Source of the DNA: Vulcanisaeta sp. AZ3
GTDB taxonomy: Archaea; Thermoproteota; Thermoprotei; Thermoproteales; Thermocladiaceae
Length of the DNA stretch: 33,786 nt
Assembly (NCBI GenBank): GCA_000960865.2
Contig: JZWU02000015.1
Span: forward strand, 1-33,786
Reading direction: 5' to 3'
In this document: positions 17,880 to 28,826 of the stretch, piece by piece
How the letters are laid out: every line of letters starts with the position of its first letter
Numbering within the stretch: the stretch's first letter is position 1
Notes under the pieces: model-generated
Told to the model about the DNA's origin: nothing
Database searches by the model: none
Seen by the model: the letters and a program-made list of their open reading frames with translations, nothing else
Translations under genes and position numbers: made by a program

Positions 17880-18245
17880 GTGATTATTTACATTAGTGAT
17901 GCATTGAATGAGATGAGGAGGTGTTTAATGGTTTATGATGAGTTTGAGTGCTCTGCGTACTTAAGTAAGAAGTATGGTACTTGGTTTCTAAGGATTAATG
18001 ATAATGTTGCAACGTCTATACTTGAGGAGGCCTCTAGGGATTGTACCCAGATTGAGAGTAGTTTCTTTTACTGCCTATTCTGTCTTGGTTCCCAATGTGA
18101 TTTAGAACCCTCCGGAGTGAGTGTTAAGTATATTATTGATTGTCTTGACAGGCTAAAGATAGATCAAAACATAAGGAATACCCTGAAGGACATGCTAAAC
18201 AGAGCCTTAGAACTTCATTCCGGGATCGTTTGCTCTAGTGTGTAG
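17880..18245 (+). CDS. Cys-rich hypothetical protein
   Basis: 121 aa, GTG start, 8 Cys including CLFC; AT-rich TATA-like element upstream. Confidence 0.6.
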   Translation: MIIYISDALNEMRRCLMVYDEFECSAYLSKKYGTWFLRINDNVATSILEEASRDCTQIESSFFYCLFCLGSQCDLEPSGVSVKYIIDCLDRLKIDQNIRNTLKDMLNRALELHSGIVCSSV

Positions 18246-18313
18246 TGAACTTTCTGCCACGCTAGTGAAGTTTTTATATCTGTGGATCATTCTGATTCTA
18301 TGAGTGGTTTTGA

Positions 18314-19371
18314 ATGTCACTTGTGCGTTTAATCTTTGGTGATTTGTCTAGTAGGTTGGTTCAGGATGTTTATAAGCGGTGGTTTGCCTATCAGTTGAGG
18401 GTTGCTCAGGCTTTAATAATTGTGTCTTTTGTCTCATTCATAGTTGGTTCTGTTGTGTTGTTTTATCGTTATGGTATACTGCATGGTGATCTCATGCTTG
18501 GTGGTTTGATTCTCTTTTACATGGGCATAATGTTTAGTCAGCATACCGGCTTTACTAGGGTTATGCCGAGCCCCCTCGCCTCGCTTGTGCTTGGTGTTTT
18601 TACTTTCCTTTGGTTTTGGCCTATGTTTTTGGTTTTTGGTTTAGTTGGGTTTTCGGTTTTATCTTCGTTTTATTCTACGTATTGCTCCTAATTAGGGGTG
18701 GTTTGGGTAGGATACCCCTCTATTGGCCTAACATTTTCTTCCTGAGCGGCCTCGTAAGTCTCTTAATAGCCTTATACCTAGGTGGCCCGCGCCTAGTTGT
18801 TTTCCCCATGGCATCTATAGCGAGTTTGATGAGGCGTGCTGAGTCTAGGCAAAGGCCTATCTACATTATTGATATACCCTACGCCGTATTGCTACCCATA
18901 ATTACATACTTCATGTATAGTCAAATTGCCATCGCCATACTATCCCTACTGACCCTGGCTGTGATAGGGATACCGAGGAGGTTCGGCCAAGCCTTCAAGA
19001 CAATCTACGCTAGGGCTTATCCTGTTGGTTCATCCCTAGGTAGGGCTGCCCTAGTGATTACGGCTGTCCTGGCCCTAATTGGTGTGCCTTTGTTGGATGT
19101 TTATCATTTGCTTTTCATTGGTTTTGTCGCTGTGATTATGTCTTCGCTTTGTATACCCATGCTCATACCTGGTATTCTTTGGTTCTACATGAGGTTCTAT
19201 GGTGTTCTTGGTTATGAAATACCCACTTTATTATTTGTCTCGGCTTTGCTTAGGGCTTTGGTATTTCTCGGTGGGTATGTGTTCATTGCTGTATCATTAA
19301 TTTTAGTACTTATAGCCTATATTGAGGTTGCCGTATCATACCTAAGCGGCGGTAGGGTTAAGGTCTTTTGA
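18314..19371 (+). pseudogene. Polytopic membrane protein (NnrS-like / 'nitric oxide response' type, tentative), split by a 1-nt frameshift at about 18609-18611
   Basis: Two overlapping hydrophobic ORFs (18314-18691, 18610-19371). One extra T in the T-run fuses them (…TFLLVLAYVFG…) into about 352 aa. His-bearing TM motifs 'HGDLM' and 'YHLLFIGF'. Confidence 0.65.
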
Positions 19372-19959
19372 TCACGACTTTGTTTGTTGATTTAGGATTG
19401 CATTTGCTATTAGTCTAGCTACTCTAATTGGTTCTGGTCTCTTACCCTCCCTTAGGAACTTCCTAATGATTACCCTAGCTGTCCTATAATCCATACCAAT
19501 AAACCTCGCATAAACCCTAACATTCCCGGGAAGTAATACCTCATGAGGCTTCTTTAGACTCTCGTAGAGTCTCATCCTAACCTCAAAGTCCTCTGGGAAT
19601 AATTTCCTAATTGCTCCAATTACATCACCCTCGGGTTCCTCGAATATTAGGCATAGTGTTGGTATTCCAAGCTTGGTGTGTATTTCCTCGAGGTTTATTA
19701 TGTTATACCAAGATATTATGCATCCATCAATCATTATTAATTGAATGTCATTCCTACCCAATGACTCATAAAGCCTAATTATTGCATCAGTTGCGTCTAA
19801 CCCACCCACTGTAGTCTTACCTAGTGCAACTCCATCAATAAATCCATCACTCCTCATAACAACACCAACCAATACCGAGTACTTCTCACCAAGCCTAAAA
19901 CTCTCAGCCACACCCAATGCCCTAATGCCAGGCTTACTAATCAATGAATCCAGATCCAT
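19372..19959 (-). CDS. DUF99/UPF0215 family (endonuclease V-like) protein
   Basis: IRALGVAESF, TVGGLDATDAI, MIDG, PEPIRVARLIA. Confidence 0.85.
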   Translation of the reverse strand: MDLDSLISKPGIRALGVAESFRLGEKYSVLVGVVMRSDGFIDGVALGKTTVGGLDATDAIIRLYESLGRNDIQLIMIDGCIISWYNIINLEEIHTKLGIPTLCLIFEEPEGDVIGAIRKLFPEDFEVRMRLYESLKKPHEVLLPGNVRVYARFIGMDYRTARVIIRKFLREGKRPEPIRVARLIANAILNQQTKS

Positions 19960-19991
19960 TGGTTCTAATTAGTATTAATGTTTAAGTGCGT

Positions 19992-20918
19992 TTATGCCCT
20001 CGGCTTCAAGCTAAGTCTCACCAAGCCATCCCTTAGCCTCTGCACTTCCTCATTGCTTAACGGTCTTTGGTATGGCTCCTTAACCGTACCAAAGTCATAA
20101 CGTAATAGGTGCACAAGCTTATAATAAGCGTCAACGCCGGGGTAATCTCTAATTAACTCCCTAACCCTGGCTAATAGGTCCTGCTTTTCCATGGCTGACT
20201 GAAGCCTGCCTGCTTTGAAGTCGTTGAACATCTCTCTCATTACTTCAGGGAATGCGTTGGACATTGCGGAGATGCATCCCTTGGCGCCAATCATTAGGGC
20301 TGGTAGTATTGTTGAGTCAGCCCCGTTGAGTACTGTTATTCCAAGCCTAACGTGGCCCATTAACTGTGTTATATCGCCAGTACTATCCTTAACACCCGCT
20401 ATCCTAACGCCATCATTCAATAGCCTAGCCACTAGGTCGGGTGTTACGTTGAATCCTGTGTTTTGTGGTATGTTGTATATGAGGATGGGTAGTCTTGTTA
20501 GGCTGGAGAGTTTTGTGTAGTATTTCTTTAGGGTTTCGTAGTCTGGTTTGTAGTATATTGGTGGTATTGAGGATATTGCAATTGCTCCATACCTCTCCGC
20601 CAACCTAACTGTCTCTACAACATCATCCCAGTTTGTGGAGAATACGTGAACCATTAATTGCTTATTCGTATGTTTAGAAATTATCTCTAGAGCGCTCCTC
20701 CTCTCCTCAATGGTTAGGTATGGCCCCTGACTTGTGGTTCCAAAGGGGTAGAATCCATCAACACCAGCCTTCGTTAGGGAGTCAACGTGATTCGCCAGAG
20801 AGTCTGTGTCAAGTTTTCCGTCTTTGAATGGTATTGCCAGTGCTACGAATATTCCCTCCATCATAAGCCAATAGTGCTTAAAATTAATAAAGTTGTCTAT
20901 CGATTTACTCACTAGCAC
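19992..20918 (-). CDS. DapA/KDG-aldolase family class I aldolase (likely start ATG 20864 or 20861)
   Basis: FGTTSQG, PPIYY, IYNIP, Schiff-base GVKDS; substrate not determinable. Confidence 0.88.
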   Translation of the reverse strand: MLVSKSIDNFINFKHYWLMMEGIFVALAIPFKDGKLDTDSLANHVDSLTKAGVDGFYPFGTTSQGPYLTIEERRSALEIISKHTNKQLMVHVFSTNWDDVVETVRLAERYGAIAISSIPPIYYKPDYETLKKYYTKLSSLTRLPILIYNIPQNTGFNVTPDLVARLLNDGVRIAGVKDSTGDITQLMGHVRLGITVLNGADSTILPALMIGAKGCISAMSNAFPEVMREMFNDFKAGRLQSAMEKQDLLARVRELIRDYPGVDAYYKLVHLLRYDFGTVKEPYQRPLSNEEVQRLRDGLVRLSLKPRA

Positions 20919-23394
20919 CTTGAACTATCTCACGCTCGTTATCCCTCTTAATGAGCTCTATCACGCTGTATTTAATTCCTGCCTCCCTGGCTGCGTTGGT
21001 TATGTCGTTCTTTAATTCATCGGATTGCGTTGTTATTATTATCTGCCCAACCAAGCCTTCCTTAATTAACCTAGCCAGTAGGGTTGCGAAGGCCTTCCTA
21101 ATGTTCTCATCCACGTAGGGTATTGGTTCATCCATGAGTAGGAAGTCCACATTGTGGCTAGTCGCCCTATAAACACTTAGTAGGAATGAGAGGGCTATGG
21201 TTAGTCTCTGACCATCGCTTAACCTAGATATTGTTACCTTCCTACCGCCAGACCTAAATGCAAATAAGGTGTATTCACTCACAACGCCAACAACACCACT
21301 ATCCCTAACAGTAACCTCTATACCAGCATTCTCCAGGTCTCCATATGGATATAGGGACTTAAATATTGGCCCTACGTTATCCCCAACAATCCTAATCATC
21401 TCATCCCTAACCCTAGCCTGCACATCCCTAACCCCAGCCCTAATCCTACCCAACCTATTATAGAAATCCTCAAGAAAATCAAGCCTCTTCCTAAGCATTG
21501 ATGGATCCTCCTTATCGAAGCCGAGGCTCGACAACATTAACTCTAACCTACTTAACTCAGCAGAATCCTCACTTAACCTACTCCTAACCTGCATTAACCT
21601 TCCATCAACATACTTAATGTCATTCTCAAGCTTTGTTATTGCAGTAGTATCAACACCAAGATTAGTAAGTTGTCCTTGAAGCTCATTCTCCTGCGCCTTG
21701 AGTTTATCTAACTCTTTATACTTCTTAATGTATGCTATGGCCTTATCAATCTCATCAATCTCAGCCCTAAACGTATCAATAAACCTACTCAATAATTGAA
21801 GCCTCTTATCCAGATCCATGATTGACCTATCAATATTATCTAACTTACTCAATAATGCATTAAGTCTTGACCTAACCTCATTAGCCCTCTCCACCGTTGC
21901 CTCATAATCATTAACTATTGGTTGCAGAGTCTCCATATTAGTTAATACTTTCTCAAGTTCGCTAATCCTATCCATAACACTATTAATCTCATCCGTATAC
22001 CCCCTCGACAACTCCTTAACCCTACTCTTTATCGCCTCATAATCCTCCTCATTAAGCGGCTTACCACATACTGGGCACTTATCCTCATGATTACTCAATA
22101 TGTACTGCAAAACATTTAGTAGAGATACTCTGAAACTCTCCTCAGCATTTAACCTATCAAGCCTACCCCTCAACTCCTCCAACTCTTGTCTAATCTTCCC
22201 AGGCTCCCCATACCTACTAATCAACCCTCTATACTCCCTAACCTTACCCTCCTCCTGCATCAACCTACCCTCCAACTCCCTCAGTGAGGCCTTGGTAGCT
22301 TCAACCTGAACCTCAAGGTCATTACGCGTCCTGCCCAGGTACTCCCTATCCTCAGCAATCTTATCCTTGAGCTTCACGAGACTCTCAAAGGCCTTGTATA
22401 TACTCTCTGATGCATTGGCCATGTTCTCATTAGTTATTGACAACTTACTCAATTCCTCAGCCTCCTTAACTAATGCAAACTCCTCAAGCCTCTCAATAAG
22501 CGTATCCCTTAGCCTCTCCAGCCTAAGCTTAACCCCAGCCTCATTAACATCCCTAACCCCAGCCTTCCCAAGCTCCTCCTCAAGAGCCTCCCTCCTCATC
22601 CTCACGGCTATGTAATTACTATAAACCTCCTCAACACCCTTAATACCCTTGAGTAATTCCTCCCTCTTCTTCAATAACTCATTATACACCCTACTCAATT
22701 CATTCTCCTCCTCCCTCAACTTCTCAATCTCGCTCCTAAGCTCATTCATTTTCTCCCTAGCCTTTTCTATCGATCCATACCTACTCAATATCTCGGGCAA
22801 TTCCTTAACACTGGCTAGCCTCTGCCTTAGATTATTGATTAACCGTTCTAATTGGGTCATGGGTATGGACTTATTTAGGTTATCAAGTATCTCAAGCCCA
22901 AATAACTTATCAATAAAGATATTCCTCTCAGCAGCCTTCCCGTAAATCAACGCGTCCAGGGTCCTGGGGGTTACTAGTATGAATCTTTCGAAGTCATCAT
23001 CATCAATGCCAAGAATCTCTATAATCCTCCCATAAACATCCCTAGCCTTAATAGACCTTGAATTCACCAAGGCCCTCACACTCTCCCTAGCAGTATTATC
23101 GCTCCTCCTCAAAATCCTCGTTACACTCATATCATTACTCAGTACCAACTTGACCGTGGCACTATCAGACTCCTCATTAATCAAGTCAATAAGCTTCGAA
23201 ATCCTCTCCTTAACCTCTAATTGTGTGCCGTATAGGGCATACTCAATGGCCTGAATTATACTTGTCTTACCCGAACCCACAGGCCCATGAATTACATTAA
23301 CCCCCTCACCAAACCCCAGCCTGTGCTCACCCTTAAACCCCCTAAAATCCCTAATTACTAATTCATTAATCCTAACCCTCACTCCCACCTTCAC
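20905..23394 (-). CDS. rkd-4: Arcadin-4, Rad50/SMC-like ABC ATPase with zinc hook (start possibly GTG 23382)
   Basis: GPVGSGKT Walker A, long coiled coils around CPVCG, LSDGQ signature, LLMDEP Walker B; last gene of the crenactin/arcadin-2/arcadin-3 string. Confidence 0.8.
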   Translation of the reverse strand: MKVGVRVRINELVIRDFRGFKGEHRLGFGEGVNVIHGPVGSGKTSIIQAIEYALYGTQLEVKERISKLIDLINEESDSATVKLVLSNDMSVTRILRRSDNTARESVRALVNSRSIKARDVYGRIIEILGIDDDDFERFILVTPRTLDALIYGKAAERNIFIDKLFGLEILDNLNKSIPMTQLERLINNLRQRLASVKELPEILSRYGSIEKAREKMNELRSEIEKLREEENELSRVYNELLKKREELLKGIKGVEEVYSNYIAVRMRREALEEELGKAGVRDVNEAGVKLRLERLRDTLIERLEEFALVKEAEELSKLSITNENMANASESIYKAFESLVKLKDKIAEDREYLGRTRNDLEVQVEATKASLRELEGRLMQEEGKVREYRGLISRYGEPGKIRQELEELRGRLDRLNAEESFRVSLLNVLQYILSNHEDKCPVCGKPLNEEDYEAIKSRVKELSRGYTDEINSVMDRISELEKVLTNMETLQPIVNDYEATVERANEVRSRLNALLSKLDNIDRSIMDLDKRLQLLSRFIDTFRAEIDEIDKAIAYIKKYKELDKLKAQENELQGQLTNLGVDTTAITKLENDIKYVDGRLMQVRSRLSEDSAELSRLELMLSSLGFDKEDPSMLRKRLDFLEDFYNRLGRIRAGVRDVQARVRDEMIRIVGDNVGPIFKSLYPYGDLENAGIEVTVRDSGVVGVVSEYTLFAFRSGGRKVTISRLSDGQRLTIALSFLLSVYRATSHNVDFLLMDEPIPYVDENIRKAFATLLARLIKEGLVGQIIITTQSDELKNDITNAAREAGIKYSVIELIKRDNEREIVQGASE

Positions 23395-23563
23395 TCACCT
23401 CAAGCCCTACCTTACTCAATTCCTCATTAATCACCTCGAGCACCCCACGCCTACCTCTCTCCTTATAAGCCATGTATAGCCTTATGGCTAGTTCAGCATC
23501 GTCACCCAACCTCTCCTTGAGGAACTTAATTATTAATTCATCAAGTTCACCCATTACCCTCAC
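23372..23563 (-). CDS. rkd-3: Arcadin-3 (small helical protein; likely start ATG 23554)
   Basis: About 60 aa, overlaps both arcadin-2 and arcadin-4; size and position match the arcade cluster. Confidence 0.7.
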   Translation of the reverse strand: MRVMGELDELIIKFLKERLGDDAELAIRLYMAYKERGRRGVLEVINEELSKVGLEVSEGGSEG

Positions 23564-24233
23564 CTCTCTTCCTTATGACATTAATCCACGGATTATTACT
23601 GAGGAAATCCGGTAAATTGCTCGTAGTGCTCCCCTCAGCACTACCCATTATTGATTGTTGTGTAGTAGCAACAACACTAGAATTCTCTAGTTTATTTACC
23701 CTATTCAGTAAGTCACTGATTATACCCTCAATCCTCATTAACCTACTCCTCAACTCCTCAATCTCCTTAATCAAGGATTGCGGAACTTCAGTATTATTGA
23801 GGTTATTCCGTAACTCATTAATCCTAACCTCAAGCTCGCCAAGCCTCCTCATAACTTCCTCATTAGAACCTTGTTGAGTCTGTATTGGTATGCTTGGTAT
23901 TAACTCCTCCACTGCCTTATCGGGATCTGTGGTTGAAAGATCATATAGGTAAACCCCAACCCAGTGGCTTCTGAATAATTTCCCATTTATTAACCCCCTG
24001 GCATTTACTGGAAATGCTATGTATGCCTTATTATAACTCAATCTATTCTTCATAGTGTCACTTAACTCATCAATTATTTGAGACTCCGTTGGGAACTCCT
24101 CATTGGATACCCTAATATAGACCTTATTATTACCCTCAAGAAAAACCAACTCTCTACCACCCTCATACTCCAGCCTAAGTCCCCTCTTGGAAAACCAATC
24201 CTCAAGAACCTTCTTAGCTAATTCAACGCTCAT
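23547..24233 (-). CDS. rkd-2: Arcadin-2 (crenactin-binding depolymerisation factor)
   Basis: Immediately downstream of crenactin; alpha/beta N-domain, coiled coil, and C-terminal amphipathic 'FLSNNPWINVIRKR' peptide like the known crenactin-binding helix. Confidence 0.8.
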   Translation of the reverse strand: MSVELAKKVLEDWFSKRGLRLEYEGGRELVFLEGNNKVYIRVSNEEFPTESQIIDELSDTMKNRLSYNKAYIAFPVNARGLINGKLFRSHWVGVYLYDLSTTDPDKAVEELIPSIPIQTQQGSNEEVMRRLGELEVRINELRNNLNNTEVPQSLIKEIEELRSRLMRIEGIISDLLNRVNKLENSSVVATTQQSIMGSAEGSTTSNLPDFLSNNPWINVIRKRGEGNG

Positions 24234-24359
24234 TAATTCAATTAATTATTTAAATGATATGCCTTTTTAACCTATTTAACCAGTAGAGAAATCAATAATC
24301 GAAGACCCACCTGATGCTTAATCAAAGGGGAATAATGAGAGACCCTAAACTTATGCGAA

Positions 24360-26007
<1,648 letters not shown>

Positions 26008-26072
26008 GATAGTTAATAAACAATAAGGTTTATAAGGAGATTGCGCCTTGTGGGTTCGAGATTATAATTACT

Positions 26073-26432
26073 ATGGAGAACCAATTAATCCTCGAGGCTA
26101 AGGATCTTGGGAGTATCATTATTAGGTTGGAACCAGCAATATCACCACTAACATACTCAAGACTAAGCAAGTCATTACCAACTAGAATAAACGCCATTAA
26201 GTATGGACAAATAATACTAATGCCCATAGACCTAGGAACAATAAACGAGGGTAAGAGAACAAACCTAAGACCCTACGAGATTGGTTATTGGGTCAAAAAG
26301 AGAAGCCTAATCATAGCATTAAACAACGTCGAACTTGGGGAACCAATTAACGTAATTGGTTACGTAATTTCCGGCACTGAACTACTCAACAAACTAAATG
26401 GAGGATACCCACTGAGGATCTCGATGAGGTAG
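26073..26432 (+). CDS. Cyclophilin-like fold protein (DUF369/TM1367-like, tentative)
   Basis: 'SPLTY..L.KSLP', 'EIGYW', 'PINVIGYV…LNKLNGG' pattern. Confidence 0.6.
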   Translation: MENQLILEAKDLGSIIIRLEPAISPLTYSRLSKSLPTRINAIKYGQIILMPIDLGTINEGKRTNLRPYEIGYWVKKRSLIIALNNVELGEPINVIGYVISGTELLNKLNGGYPLRISMR

Positions 26433-26486
26433 GGTAGGATTAAGTTTTTAAAGGGTTGGTGAATGAATCGAAGTGGCGAGGTAAGT

Positions 26487-26768
26487 ATGAGCACACAAGA
26501 AACAACAATACTGGTTGGTAAAAAACCAACAACAAACTACGTAATAGCAGCAGTCATGAGCTTCAACGCAGGAACGAAGAGAGTAATACTAAAGGCTAGA
26601 GGCGGTGCAATTGCAAGGGCAGCCTCAGCAGCAGTAATGATAAGAGACAGGTTCCTACCAAACAAGGTAAAGATAGGTGACATAAGACTACTAACAGACA
26701 AAGTCACTGGCCAGGGAGGTAAGGAAAGGAACGTAGCAGCCATAGAGATAGTTCTAGAAATGCTATAA
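26487..26768 (+). CDS. albA: Chromatin protein Alba
   Basis: ILVGKKPTTNYV, VILKARGGAIARA, 'VAAIEIVL'; GAGGT SD-like element before ATG 26487. Confidence 0.93.
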   Translation: MSTQETTILVGKKPTTNYVIAAVMSFNAGTKRVILKARGGAIARAASAAVMIRDRFLPNKVKIGDIRLLTDKVTGQGGKERNVAAIEIVLEML

Positions 26769-26902
26769 TGGTAATGCTATCAAAATAAACAATATTTCAA
26801 TAATACTTTTATCTTACCAAAATATACAATTATAATGCATTCCCAATGTAACGATCCAACGCGTTCACAATTATTCAGATAAAGTTAGACGTATCGAATA
26901 TG

Positions 26903-27460
26903 CTAAACCTTACTCACCAACGCACTTTTAATCTCCTCGAGAAGCATAACTAAGGTTAGTAAGGCGCTGCGTCTATTTGTAGCAATTAACGGCACTACCT
27001 TAATCTCATAAGGTATCTTCAATATACTCCTTACCGCACGTATACTCACAGCACCACTCACATCCTGCTTATTAGCCGCAATCACATGAGGCGTATACGG
27101 AAAATTCTCCCTAAAGAAGTTATACATACCCAACGCCTCCTTAACCCTATCCTCAGCAGAGCTATCCACTATGAATAAGTAACCATGCATACCGCGGGAA
27201 ATTATCTTCCACATAAAACTAAACCTCTCCTGCCCAGGCGTACCAAATAAGTGAACAACCAAGTCCTCCCTAATCTTCATCCTACCGTAATCGAAAGCCA
27301 CAGTTGTTGTCTTCTTACCCTTCATATTACCATCCGTGGAAGCCTTACTTAAGGGAGTCTCAGTCTCTATGGGTAGTACCTCACTGAGTGTCTTGACGAA
27401 TGTTGTCTTTCCAGCTCCATAGGGCCCTGCTATGACTATCTTAACAATCTTCATGGGCAT
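26903..27460 (-). CDS. MglA/CvnD-like small Ras-superfamily GTPase
   Basis: G1 GPYGAGKTT, G2 TTTVAFDYG, G3 LFGTPGQERF, G4 ANKQD. Confidence 0.88.
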   Translation of the reverse strand: MPMKIVKIVIAGPYGAGKTTFVKTLSEVLPIETETPLSKASTDGNMKGKKTTTVAFDYGRMKIREDLVVHLFGTPGQERFSFMWKIISRGMHGYLFIVDSSAEDRVKEALGMYNFFRENFPYTPHVIAANKQDVSGAVSIRAVRSILKIPYEIKVVPLIATNRRSALLTLVMLLEEIKSALVSKV

Positions 27461-27469
27461 TATCTCGAC

Positions 27470-27967
27470 CTACAACACCGCCTTACTCTTTATGAAGTTT
27501 ATAATATCCTCAATATCCCTCGGCGTTACATCAACATCAACAACCCCGACATACTCATCCTCACTTACCCTCAATAATTTATCCAATAAATCACGCATTT
27601 TATTTGCGTATTTATCGAGCAACAAGCTTATAAATCCCACAGTTGCCTCGGAACTGCTTATTACCATTAAGTATCCGGTATTGTAAATGTTCCTTAATTG
27701 TATCACATCGTTATCTCCCTGTATTAATACATGGTCAATTCCACTTATCGGTAGCGTTGATATTAGGCTTTTCAGTGATGTTATGAATCGTGGAGCTGTA
27801 AATAATGTGTTGCCTAGCTTCGCAAGTGCATTATTCGTTGTGTAGGCTATTACAGTACCCTCTACATCTAATACATAAACAGCTCTTATCTGATGAGGAT
27901 TCTCGGCTATTATACTTTCAGCTAATTCCCTAATGTCATTTATAATTTTTTGAATATCAAGATTCAC
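27470..27967 (-). CDS. Roadblock/LC7 (MglB-like) domain protein with acidic C-terminal extension
   Basis: helix, then 'IRAVYVLDVEGTVIAY', helix, three strands ('HVLIQGDNDVIQL','YLMVIS'), helix 'VGFISLLL'; ends 9 nt upstream of the GTPase. Confidence 0.65.
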   Translation of the reverse strand: MNLDIQKIINDIRELAESIIAENPHQIRAVYVLDVEGTVIAYTTNNALAKLGNTLFTAPRFITSLKSLISTLPISGIDHVLIQGDNDVIQLRNIYNTGYLMVISSSEATVGFISLLLDKYANKMRDLLDKLLRVSEDEYVGVVDVDVTPRDIEDIINFIKSKAVL

Positions 27968-28070
27968 GACCCGATTACATCTTGAATGATATTTAAACCT
28001 TTCTATTCAAATAGGGAGGCATTCCCTGACTATAATAAGCTTTTTAAGATATAAAACGCGTTTTAATGCA
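27968..28070. promoter_or_regulatory. Divergent promoter region shared by Roadblock-GTPase and arcadin-1
   Basis: Minus-strand TTTAAATA (27997-27990) 22 nt before GTG 27967; plus-strand TTTTTAAG (28041-28048) 22 nt before ATG 28071. Confidence 0.55.
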
Positions 28071-28415
28071 ATGATAACAATTAAGGGATATGTAGTAGGT
28101 AAGACATTAATGAACGACCCCACTGGTGGAAGAATGATAGCAATACAAATAGTTGAGGAGAGAGAATCACCCGGCACCGTGATCACGGGGACTGATGAGG
28201 CCTCACAAATGATGCGTGACATGATGCCCATAATACAGCAATTACTCAGGTCAATGCCAATGGTTGCGCCATTAATGAGTGGTAAGGTTCCAATACCCAG
28301 GATGATCATTTGGCTTAATGAGGATGAGGCGGAGGCTCTAGGCCCGAGGCTTGATGTTGGTGATGCTGTGGAGATTAGGATTGATAATGGGAAGCTTGAA
28401 CTCGTTAAGGTTTAG
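28071..28415 (+). CDS. rkd-1: Arcadin-1
   Basis: 'KGYVVGK…DPTG…IVEERE.PG…PIIQQLLRSMP…VPIPRMIIWLNEDE…DVGDAVEIRIDNG' matches my recollection of Pyrobaculum arcadin-1 in size and motifs; near crenactin. Confidence 0.8.
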   Translation: MITIKGYVVGKTLMNDPTGGRMIAIQIVEERESPGTVITGTDEASQMMRDMMPIIQQLLRSMPMVAPLMSGKVPIPRMIIWLNEDEAEALGPRLDVGDAVEIRIDNGKLELVKV

Positions 28416-28771
28416 TGCTGAACCCCAGCGTCAAACTCCTTACTTAAATCAAGAAGCTCCTTAAGCTTAATTCTAACTTGCTTACCATTCGGCAATGTCC
28501 TAACAATTATGAACGGTAATAAGCCCCTACGAACCTCCTCAACAGCTATGGCTATTGGGTCATAAGTACCTAAGGACTGCGGATCAACTAATGGTTGTGC
28601 ACCCATTGCAAGTTGTTTAGCTCTTGCTGCAATTACCCTGGCTAATTCGTACTTCGTTATTCTAGGTGGGTATGTTAATTTACCTCTTGATAAGTCATCA
28701 ATAAGCCTTAGAATGCTTGCCATTGTGTCCCCCTTCAATAAAGAATTGGCTTTTTGATTTGATGAGGACAT
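28412..28771 (-). CDS. rpo6: DNA-directed RNA polymerase subunit Rpo6 (K/omega)
   Basis: ITKYELARVIAARAKQLAMGA…DPIAIAVEE…LPFIIVRTLPNG. Confidence 0.93.
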   Translation of the reverse strand: MSSSNQKANSLLKGDTMASILRLIDDLSRGKLTYPPRITKYELARVIAARAKQLAMGAQPLVDPQSLGTYDPIAIAVEEVRRGLLPFIIVRTLPNGKQVRIKLKELLDLSKEFDAGVQH

Positions 28772-28826
28772 TGAGGAAAACCGTAATAAGAATCGTTTAA
28801 AAACCTAACCTAGTCTAGGTTTTTAG

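Noticed and set aside
20905-23394. Calling the SMC-like gene canonical rad50 and pairing it with the NurA at 16750
   Set aside because: No mre11 or herA adjacent, motifs are degenerate, it is on the opposite strand 3 kb away, and its position matches arcadin-4.
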